A stretch of 43,966 bases of DNA. It comes from an uncultured Bacteroidales bacterium (GTDB lineage: Bacteria > Bacteroidota > Bacteroidia > Bacteroidales > UBA4417). The DNA is taken from contig CALCJE010000148.1 in the NCBI GenBank assembly GCA_937965665.1, positions 1 through 43,966 on the forward strand. Direction: 5' to 3'. The notes under the pieces are model-generated. The model was not told the origin of the DNA and ran no database searches. It saw only the letters and a program-made list of their open reading frames with translations. The number at the start of each line of letters is the position of its first letter. The first letter of the stretch is position 1. This document shows positions 1 through 7,382 of the stretch, piece by piece. The translations under genes were made by a program, and so were the position numbers.

Positions 1-53
1 CGGCATACGATTTGCCTAAGTGACTGGAGTTCAGACGTGTGCTCTTCCGATCT
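1..53. other. Illumina TruSeq indexed adapter sequence (library/assembly artefact)
   Basis: nt 20-53 read GTGACTGGAGTTCAGACGTGTGCTCTTCCGATCT. nt 1-19 read CGGCATACGAtttGCCTAA, which is the P7 tail CGGCATACGAGAT with two mismatches followed by GCCTAA, the reverse complement of TruSeq index TTAGGC. Confidence 0.9.
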
Positions 54-73
54 AGTATTATTCATTTCAACCG

Positions 74-961
74 TTGTACCAGGTTGATTTTCCAAAGCCA
101 CTTACAGCAAGACGAAAGTATTACCATGCCTTAATCGATAATGAAGCAACTCGGTATCTTAACGAATTTCACCAGGAGATGTTGGCAGCCTTGAATGATG
201 ATGAGAAAAAATACCTGGTTCATACCGCGCTCAACAAATTGCTTATTCAGAAGCTGAAGGAAACCTCCGCTGTTATTAATGAATACCAGTATTTCTTTAG
301 CAATGTTGCCGGACCTTCAAAATCTACAGGTAGCCCTAATATTGGTGATGATAGCTATTCACTGCAATTCCTCAAATATCAGCTAATCCGCATCTATCTC
401 GAAATCCAGTATTCATATATAGATTTTGTTAAAGCAGATTCCTTAACCGAGGGCGATATTCTGCAACTCTATTTTTCGGAATCAGCCCCCGATAAATCAT
501 TTATTCAAGAATCACCTAAAATCAAAATCCAGGGGCCTGAATTAAAACTTACTAAAAAATTATCGTCAAATCCATTCAATCCCAGGAAAGGTGATTTCAG
601 GCCAGAGAAGAAAGGAATCCTATCCTTCAAGACTATGATTAAAAACCCTGATCGTTTCCTCCGGTTTGAGGAAGAGCTTTTTGATCATGGTTTAATTAAC
701 GAAGATTATAATTTTTCTGACCGGCATACTCAAAAACAGGAATTAGCCGCTATTTATCAAACATTGATCAAGAAAGGCTATTTCCAGAAAAGGGATTTCC
801 AAAGGCTTAAAGACATTAAACATGTCGAAATCCGTAAATTCCTTGATTACAGATACAATGCTGATTTGGATAAACAATTTAGGTTTTGGGAAAATGATCC
901 TGATGGATTAGCAAATTATATACAAGATCGGTACTGGCTCGACAAATTACCAACATGCTAA
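74..961 (+). CDS. Hypothetical protein, probably 5'-truncated by the contig edge
   Basis: The frame is open back to nt 56, directly after the adapter. The listed start is TTG. No motif recognised. Confidence 0.5.
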   Translation: MYQVDFPKPLTARRKYYHALIDNEATRYLNEFHQEMLAALNDDEKKYLVHTALNKLLIQKLKETSAVINEYQYFFSNVAGPSKSTGSPNIGDDSYSLQFLKYQLIRIYLEIQYSYIDFVKADSLTEGDILQLYFSESAPDKSFIQESPKIKIQGPELKLTKKLSSNPFNPRKGDFRPEKKGILSFKTMIKNPDRFLRFEEELFDHGLINEDYNFSDRHTQKQELAAIYQTLIKKGYFQKRDFQRLKDIKHVEIRKFLDYRYNADLDKQFRFWENDPDGLANYIQDRYWLDKLPTC

Positions 962-1160
962 ATTGCGGTAATTTGCTGTCAATTTACCATTTCAAATTTC
1001 CACTATTTTTCTGAATCTCTTATCTGATAAGCCTTTTAAGCTTGTCCAAATTTCCATTTTCTAACTTCCAGAGCATAGTTGCCAAATTCGCAGAGTCTTC
1101 GACAATCGGAGATGACTTTTGGCCAGAAGTCCATTTTCTCAAATTAATACCATTAAGACA

Positions 1161-1460
1161 ATGGACGAAGTATTATTGCGTCTCGACAGAATTGAAAAGC
1201 TTATCCTTAACCAAAACCTGCTACAAAAGGATGTGCTTAACTTCAATGAAACCTGCGATTACCTTGAGCTATCGCACTCTCACCTTTACAAGCTCACGAG
1301 TACCGGAGCTATCTCTCATTACAAGCCGAACGGCAAGAAAATCTATTTCAAACGCTCCGAGTTGGACGAGTGGGTTCTTCGTAACCGTGCCGCCACCACA
1401 GAGGAAATAGAAACTCAGGTTTTTGATAACATTATGAAAAGCAGGAGGACCAGGTCATGA
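1161..1460 (+). CDS. Helix-turn-helix DNA-binding protein, excisionase/MerR-like (HTH_17-type)
   Basis: The segment NFNETCDYLELSHSHLYKLTSTGAISHYKPNGKKIYFKRSELDEWV fits the excisionase-family HTH pattern. I prefer ATG 1161 (MDEVLL) over the TTG at 1119. Its stop overlaps the next start as ATGA. Confidence 0.7.
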   Translation: MDEVLLRLDRIEKLILNQNLLQKDVLNFNETCDYLELSHSHLYKLTSTGAISHYKPNGKKIYFKRSELDEWVLRNRAATTEEIETQVFDNIMKSRRTRS

Positions 1461-1753
1461 TCGAAGTAATGGAATTATTAATGAACCTTTCTCGTGACTT
1501 CGGGATTGTAAAAACCTATGTGCTTTCTCTGCAAAGATCTAAACTGGATGATTTCAAAGATACCTGGATTGATGGTCAGGATGTGATGATGACTTTGCAT
1601 ATCAGCAAGCGCACACTTCAATCCCTGCGCGACGAGGGAACGCTGAATTTCAGCAGGATCAACGGAAAGTTCTATTACAAGGTTTCGGATATTGAATACC
1701 TTCTGGAATCACATTATTCAAAGAATAAACCTTCCGGCCATGGATCTGAATAG
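1457..1753 (+). CDS. Second helix-turn-helix DNA-binding protein (excisionase-like)
   Basis: The segment QDVMMTLHISKRTLQSLRDEGTLNFSRINGKFYYKVSDIEYLL is a paralogous HTH pattern. ATGA overlap with the upstream gene. Confidence 0.7.
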   Translation: MIEVMELLMNLSRDFGIVKTYVLSLQRSKLDDFKDTWIDGQDVMMTLHISKRTLQSLRDEGTLNFSRINGKFYYKVSDIEYLLESHYSKNKPSGHGSE

Positions 1754-2660
1754 AGATAACATCCTGCGCAAAACGCACTATGGTTTGAATATTTATTCCC
1801 ATGTGCTCCGTTACTATTATCCTGATGAGACAGTCCTTTCCTTATTCGGAAGGGACTGCCTTCCTGCTAAAAACCCTTTCAATGGGGATAAACCTACTTT
1901 GTTGGTTAAGGTTATTGACAATATTGCTATTCACTCTGATACCGAATTACCAGATTTTAAAGGTGATGCTTTCGATTTTGCCGCCTTGCACTTTAAAGTT
2001 CAAGATACAAAACTCTTTGAAAAGATAAACGAAGCCTGTTACCTCCGTTTAGGAGAGCTGCACCGCAGTCTTACTGGTAATTCATTTCCGGAATCATTCA
2101 TTAAACCGGAACCAACAATGAATAAGCTGCCAGTATTCAGTTATTTCAAAGCACCGGTCTCTAATATTGTCCCTTCCAAAAGCATTAGCATTCTTGATGC
2201 TTTCAAAATGATCAAAGGCGATATGTTTCTGAAAAACACTAAGAATCTTAGAAACCTCACTGACAAAATAGAAGCCAGGAAGTACAAAGCTGCTAACTTC
2301 GATTATGTCACTTTCTCGGGCACTTTTTCAGAACGAAATGATAAAGCGTTGAGAAAGCATTCCGGATTGATGGCAATAGATTTTGACCACATCCCGAATT
2401 TATCTGAACTTAAAAACAACCTCCTCAGTGATGAATATTTTGAAACTGAGATATTGTTTTATTCTCCTTCCGGCGATGGCCTTAAATGGATTATTCCAAT
2501 CGATCTGTCAAAAGCCTCTCACCCTGATTACTTCAAAGCCGTTGCAGCCTATATCCTCCAATGCTACCAGGTGAAAGTGGACCAATCAGGAAAGGATATT
2601 TCACGTGCCTGTTTCCTTCCTTATGATCCTGATGTGTATATCAATCCTAAATACTGGTAA
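1740..2660 (+). CDS. Primase-like protein (BT4734/VirE N-terminal-type primase-polymerase fold)
   Basis: LMAIDFDHI is an acidic DxD-type motif. Size and position upstream of a DUF3987 gene fit. Start chosen at MDLNRD (ATG 1740); the ORF track starts at 1692. Confidence 0.6.
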   Translation: MDLNRDNILRKTHYGLNIYSHVLRYYYPDETVLSLFGRDCLPAKNPFNGDKPTLLVKVIDNIAIHSDTELPDFKGDAFDFAALHFKVQDTKLFEKINEACYLRLGELHRSLTGNSFPESFIKPEPTMNKLPVFSYFKAPVSNIVPSKSISILDAFKMIKGDMFLKNTKNLRNLTDKIEARKYKAANFDYVTFSGTFSERNDKALRKHSGLMAIDFDHIPNLSELKNNLLSDEYFETEILFYSPSGDGLKWIIPIDLSKASHPDYFKAVAAYILQCYQVKVDQSGKDISRACFLPYDPDVYINPKYW

Positions 2661-2663
2661 GCT

Positions 2664-4478
2664 ATGGCTAAAAAAACATTCAATCCTTCCGATTGGCTGG
2701 ACCAGCAACCTAAGCTAAAACCAGCCGTAATAATTCCGGAAAATAAATCCGTTGATAGTGGAGACATTTCAGAAATAGAATCCATTATTCGTCAGATTGA
2801 AGAAAAGCAAATTGATATAGCTTCCGCTTACAGCGATTGGCGCGACATTGGCTTTGCCTTTGCTGATGCATTTGGCGAATCTGGCAGGGAGTATTTCCAC
2901 AGGATTAGTTGCTTTTATCCCGACTATTCTCCAGGTGAATGTGATAAGCAATACTCTAACTGCCTTAAATCACACGGTCAGGGAGTAACCCTCAAGACTT
3001 TCTTCTTTCATGCCAAACAATCCGGAATTTCTCTATCTGGCATCTCTAAATACACCCTTTCAAAGATAGATTTAGAGAATCAGGAAACACCATCAGAAGA
3101 GGACTGGGAAGGCCAACCAACTCTCCCAGATTCTCTGTTTACTCAACTTCCTGACTTCCTCAAACGTGTTGTATCTGTGGCTGATTCCAATGAAGAACGT
3201 GATATTTTATTGCTTGGTTCAATTGTCGCCTTGAGTGCCTGTTTCCCTAAAATCTTTGGCATATATGACGGTAAAAAGGTCTACTCAAATTTGTTCCTCT
3301 TTATCATTGCCCAGGCTTCAGCCGGGAAAGGACGTCTGGTCCATTGCAAGCAATTGGTTAAACCAATCCACAAGTTTTTACGTGATCAGGCAAGATTGCT
3401 GAAGCAGCAGTACGAAATAGACATGGCCGATTATATCGACCGGAAAGGCAAAGATGCTGATGCTGAAAAGCCTGGGAAACCTCCCGAGAAAATGTTATTT
3501 ATCCCTGCCAATAATAGCACTACCGGAGTTTTCCAATTATTGTTTGATAATGATGGCAGTGGGCTAATCTTCGAGACCGAAGGCGACACCCTGGCACAAG
3601 CATTCAAAAGTGATTATGGCAATTACAGTGATGGTTTCCGCAAGGCATTCCATCATGAAACTATCTCATATTATCGTCGCACGGATCGCGAATATGTGGA
3701 TATGGATAGTCCCCGCCTTTCCGCGGTGCTTTCCGGTACGCCGCGACAGGTTGCAAGTCTCATCCCGAATGCGGAAAACGGCCTTTTCAGCCGCTTCATT
3801 TTCTACTTCATGAACATCCGGCCAGTTTGGAAAAACGTTTTTGCGATAACCTCCGACAACGGTCTGGATGATTACTTCGATAACCTGGGAACCGAATTTT
3901 TCAGCCTTTACCAAACGCTGGCAAATGGTCCCGAAATCCAGTTCAACCTCATGGTTGAACAACAGGTAAAATTCAATGCCTTTTTTCAACAAACTCAGGA
4001 TGTGTATCTGAGTTTACAAGGTATCGACTACATGGCAACCATCAGGAGGCTTGGCTTAATTGCATTTCGCATTTCCATGGTCCTTTCTGCGCTTCGCATC
4101 ATGGAAACAGGCAACCTTCCAGAACGAATAGTTTGTGAGGACAATGATTTTCAGATTGCTCTTGAAATGATCACTATCCTGGTAAAACATGCCAGTAAGG
4201 TGTTCACTGAGCTTCCTGCCGAACCTCAGATGCCAAAACGGAAAAACCAGAAAGAAAAATACCTGGATTTACTACCGGCAAACTTTAATCGCCAGGACTA
4301 CCTCAGAATTGCAGCTTCAAGATCCATCCCTGATAAAACAGCCGAAGGTTATATTACCGAGTTTTACAAAAAAGGATTACTCCACCGCGAAAAGCAGGAT
4401 CTTTACATTAATCCGAATGCGAAATCCGGTAATACTCCAAACAAGGAAATTCAGGATTCTAAGGAAGTTAAGGATTAG
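2664..4478 (+). CDS. PriCT-2-like N-terminal domain fused to a DUF3987-type putative helicase/NTPase
   Basis: The N-terminal segment DWRDIGFAFADAFGESGREYFHRISCFYPDYS is PriCT-2-like. AQASAGKGR is a Walker-A-like loop. Follows the primase-like gene with a 3-nt gap. Confidence 0.65.
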   Translation: MAKKTFNPSDWLDQQPKLKPAVIIPENKSVDSGDISEIESIIRQIEEKQIDIASAYSDWRDIGFAFADAFGESGREYFHRISCFYPDYSPGECDKQYSNCLKSHGQGVTLKTFFFHAKQSGISLSGISKYTLSKIDLENQETPSEEDWEGQPTLPDSLFTQLPDFLKRVVSVADSNEERDILLLGSIVALSACFPKIFGIYDGKKVYSNLFLFIIAQASAGKGRLVHCKQLVKPIHKFLRDQARLLKQQYEIDMADYIDRKGKDADAEKPGKPPEKMLFIPANNSTTGVFQLLFDNDGSGLIFETEGDTLAQAFKSDYGNYSDGFRKAFHHETISYYRRTDREYVDMDSPRLSAVLSGTPRQVASLIPNAENGLFSRFIFYFMNIRPVWKNVFAITSDNGLDDYFDNLGTEFFSLYQTLANGPEIQFNLMVEQQVKFNAFFQQTQDVYLSLQGIDYMATIRRLGLIAFRISMVLSALRIMETGNLPERIVCEDNDFQIALEMITILVKHASKVFTELPAEPQMPKRKNQKEKYLDLLPANFNRQDYLRIAASRSIPDKTAEGYITEFYKKGLLHREKQDLYINPNAKSGNTPNKEIQDSKEVKD

Positions 4479-4546
4479 TATCCTTGACTTCCTGAATTTC
4501 CTTAAAATCCTCATTCATCTAATTCCCGCCAATATGCTTTTTTGAT

Positions 4547-4645
4547 AGTAATTTTTGACAGTAATCTCTGATTTTGTCTAAAATTACTATTGGCTAATTC
4601 AAGATGTTCGCTTACATTTGTCTGTAGTGAACAAATGTGTAGAAC
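4547..4645. promoter_or_regulatory. Two long imperfect palindromes in the intergenic region upstream of the pAgo gene (terminator of the backbone operon and/or operator)
   Basis: AGTAATTTTTGACA (4547-4560) pairs with TGTCTAAAATTACT (4575-4588) with 1 mismatch. GTTCGCTTACATTTGT (4606-4621) pairs imperfectly with ACAAATGTGTAGAAC (4631-4645). Confidence 0.4.
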
Positions 4646-4755
4646 CCCTTTTCTTTCAATACACACGCTTTATCTACTGATATAATTTTTCATTCAAAGA
4701 AGACAATGCCAAACATCTAGCTTCAATATTTTGATAACAATTAAAATAGCTTTTT

Positions 4756-6825
4756 ATGCCAGATCAAAATCTATTTTTCAACATACTCACTTTCGATTGG
4801 CCAAAGGAGAAACTTATATTTTATTTCAGCAAAAACGACGACAGGTCTTCTTCACGTATCCATAAATCTAATTTCCCAATTGACATATCTTCAATATTCC
4901 CTGATATTTATTCAGAGAATATTGAATTTGTTTATACCACATTCACCTATAAAAAAGCTGGTTTCATCCCCTTAGAAATTGATGCCCGTAATGAAAATCC
5001 GGATCTGATTAAACAGTATTACAACCGGGAGATTAATTATTACTTCAGGAAGGTTATTAAGTTAATAGTAAAAAGAGGTTTTATCGGTGAGAATCAGATT
5101 TGGACATACTCCAAAAAGGTGACTAATAGCACTTATCATTTTTATGAAAGATTTTCCTTCAAGGTTCAGCTCTGTACAGTTAGTCAATTCCCCGAACTGC
5201 TTATTTCTTACGATGGTAGATCAAGGGTTTTAAAATCTCCGGTTTCTCAGCTTGTTAAGTCAGTCTCTCAATCAACATTTATTAACGTTGTTTACAAAGG
5301 AAGAGTCCTCAATTTCGAAGATCTGGTCAATGAGATTGATCTTGATTATTCAAAAGCATATCCAATTCTTAATACAAAGCTTGAAAACGCATTAGGTGTC
5401 GAAGCAGAACCGATTCCAAAAAGCAATCGTTACATATCATATTTCGGAAAAGTTGATGAAATGCGAAAATACTTGCATTCAAAATCTGATTTCAAAAAGT
5501 TAATACCTCTGAACGATGTAAATTTTTATTCAGTTCCGGAAGATTTGATTTCTAAAATAAATGATGAGAGTAACAATTTAGCATTCCATGAAAAAGAAAT
5601 AGGCAGAACCCCCAAAATAGACTTCCGAAAACTAAAGCCATTTAAAAAATGTCCGCATCAGAATGTTCACCTTTTCTTCATTTATCATGAAAATGATGAG
5701 GCTACTAAAGATAAGCTTCAAGATTATTTCGAAAATGGTACATCCTTTTATAGAGGATTAACGGAATATGCTGGGATACTTTTCCACACCGACAAATCAT
5801 CTTCAATTTCATTCAGTGATAAGTTAAACCCGATTCCTGAGATTAGCCAGGGAATTGAACGACTCGATTTAAGTAATCCCGAAATCAAATACCTGGCAAT
5901 TTATCTTACCCCTTATACTAAAGCAGAAACAAGCAAGCAAGAGGTCCGCATTTATATAAAAGTGAAAGAAATGCTCTTGAATCGTGGTATTGCTTCTCAA
6001 TTCGTAGAACCGGCCAACGTGAATGGAGAAAAAGAAAACGATTTTGTATTCAGCCTTACTAATATGTCAGTCGCTATTCTTGCCAAACTTGATGGCATAC
6101 CCTGGCAACTTGGTTCTGATTTTAAAAATGAATTAATTATTGGGATTGGTGCATTTAGGCATTACGCTGATCAGGTTCAATATGTAAGCAGTGCAATCAG
6201 TTTCGATAATACAGGCCGCTTTCACCAATTTGAATACTTCATGAAACATCAAGTGGATGTTTTGGCTGGTTCCATTGCAACAAAAGTTCGTGAGTTTACT
6301 GCAAGCGTCAAACCACCGGATAGAATTATCATTCACTTTTATAAACAGCTAAGTGAAAAAGAACTTGCTCCGATCGAAAAGGCTTTGTTGGAATTAAAAC
6401 TTCCTAATCCTGTACCTATCTTCATAGTCACAATCAATAAAACAGAAGCTAAAGATATTTTTGTTTACGATGCTTCCTGGAAGCATCTTATGCCTATAAG
6501 CGGTACTTATATCAGTATTGGTAATAAGAAATATGTATTGTGCAACAACGCCCGTTACAACAATTTCTACAACCCTAAAGATGGTTTCCCTTTTCCGGTT
6601 AAACTTTCAATTGATTGCACCGAACCTCAACTACTCGAAAATGATGAAACAATAAATGAACTGATCAATCAGGTTTATCAATTTAGTCGTTTGTACTTTA
6701 AGAGTGTCATGCAACAAAATTTGCCTGTCACCATCAAATACCCGGAAATGATCGCAGAAATAGTCCCTTACTTTGAAGTAAATGGAATACCTCCGCAAAG
6801 TAAAAGTAACCTCTGGTTCTTATAA
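4756..6825 (+). CDS. Prokaryotic Argonaute (pAgo): N/L1/reduced-PAZ/L2/MID/PIWI layout, catalytically inactive PIWI (long-B-like)
   Basis: PIWI signature AILAKLDGIPWQL (GIPWQL at 6094-6111) is followed by LIIGIGAF, where Gly (6148-6150) sits where active Agos have the first catalytic Asp (GxDV). The RDG-equivalent segment reads IIIHFYKQ (6325-6348), with no Asp. MID-like Y-x-K...Q pattern in RIYIKVKEMLLNRGIASQF (about 5941-6003). Hydrophobic C-terminus ...NLWFL as in Ago proteins. Only about 60 aa is available for a PAZ-equivalent. Confidence 0.8.
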   Translation: MPDQNLFFNILTFDWPKEKLIFYFSKNDDRSSSRIHKSNFPIDISSIFPDIYSENIEFVYTTFTYKKAGFIPLEIDARNENPDLIKQYYNREINYYFRKVIKLIVKRGFIGENQIWTYSKKVTNSTYHFYERFSFKVQLCTVSQFPELLISYDGRSRVLKSPVSQLVKSVSQSTFINVVYKGRVLNFEDLVNEIDLDYSKAYPILNTKLENALGVEAEPIPKSNRYISYFGKVDEMRKYLHSKSDFKKLIPLNDVNFYSVPEDLISKINDESNNLAFHEKEIGRTPKIDFRKLKPFKKCPHQNVHLFFIYHENDEATKDKLQDYFENGTSFYRGLTEYAGILFHTDKSSSISFSDKLNPIPEISQGIERLDLSNPEIKYLAIYLTPYTKAETSKQEVRIYIKVKEMLLNRGIASQFVEPANVNGEKENDFVFSLTNMSVAILAKLDGIPWQLGSDFKNELIIGIGAFRHYADQVQYVSSAISFDNTGRFHQFEYFMKHQVDVLAGSIATKVREFTASVKPPDRIIIHFYKQLSEKELAPIEKALLELKLPNPVPIFIVTINKTEAKDIFVYDASWKHLMPISGTYISIGNKKYVLCNNARYNNFYNPKDGFPFPVKLSIDCTEPQLLENDETINELINQVYQFSRLYFKSVMQQNLPVTIKYPEMIAEIVPYFEVNGIPPQSKSNLWFL

Positions 6826-6852
6826 TCTTCACATCTTTTAAACCCGGGTATT

Positions 6853-7347
6853 ATGTGCGCTCAATGGAATAACAAAGACGTTCCGCACAAAGGCTGGATT
6901 TTAGTCGATGTGATCGATGTAAGAGAGGATGGCCAGCCAGCTGATGAAACGGATTACGAAAAATGCATGATGTGCGGTAACGAGAAAATTCGATACGTGC
7001 ATATTGTTGAACATAAGGATTTGGATGGTGAATACCGCGTCGGTTGCATTTGCGCCGAAAAAATGACGGAAGATTACATTAATCCCAGGGAACGCGAAAA
7101 AGAACTAAAACGCAAAAGTAATGAGCGTATCAGTTGGGTTAAGAAAAAATGGAAAACTTCTAAGTCTGGCAATATATTTCTAAATATTGATGGAAACAAT
7201 TTAGTCGTTTATAATGATAAGATCACTGGTAAATACAAATGCAAACTAAACGACAAATTCGGCTCTATTACCTACAATGATCTTAGTGCCGCCAAAATCG
7301 GCCTTTTCAAAAAGATGGAAGAGTTAAAGCAAAAGGGGAAATGGTAG
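6853..7347 (+). CDS. Uncharacterised four-Cys zinc-ribbon protein, co-operonic with the pAgo
   Basis: 28-nt gap after the pAgo stop, same strand. CMMCGNEKIRYVHIVEHKDLDGEYRVGCICAEKM gives a CxxC...CxC arrangement. It is followed by a Lys/Arg/Glu-rich helix (REREKELKRKSNERISWVKKKWK) and a small C-terminal domain. No family recognised. Confidence 0.7.
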   Translation: MCAQWNNKDVPHKGWILVDVIDVREDGQPADETDYEKCMMCGNEKIRYVHIVEHKDLDGEYRVGCICAEKMTEDYINPREREKELKRKSNERISWVKKKWKTSKSGNIFLNIDGNNLVVYNDKITGKYKCKLNDKFGSITYNDLSAAKIGLFKKMEELKQKGKW

Positions 7348-7382
7348 AAATATCCTATTTATGACTAAGGTTTAAAAAGTAA

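Noticed and set aside
1042-1410. 122-aa ORF overlapping the first HTH gene in another frame
   Set aside because: The competing frame (1161-1460) carries a clear excisionase-type HTH and couples to the next gene by ATGA. The 1042 frame is not protein-like.
2664-4478. Primase/DUF3987 genes as functional partners of the pAgo
   Set aside because: They are separated from the pAgo by a 277-nt gap with palindromes, and they form the standard backbone of Bacteroidota integrative elements. A backbone role is the simpler explanation.
4690-4755. A clean TAnnTTTG -7 box for the pAgo operon
   Set aside because: The best candidate (AATATTTTGAT, about 30 nt upstream of the ATG) is one T short of the consensus spacing, so I do not call a promoter.
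4756-6825. pAgo as an active slicer nuclease
   Set aside because: The positions aligned by eye with the first and third catalytic acids read Gly (GIGAF) and Tyr (HFYK). That is incompatible with a DEDX tetrad. It needs confirmation by a proper alignment.
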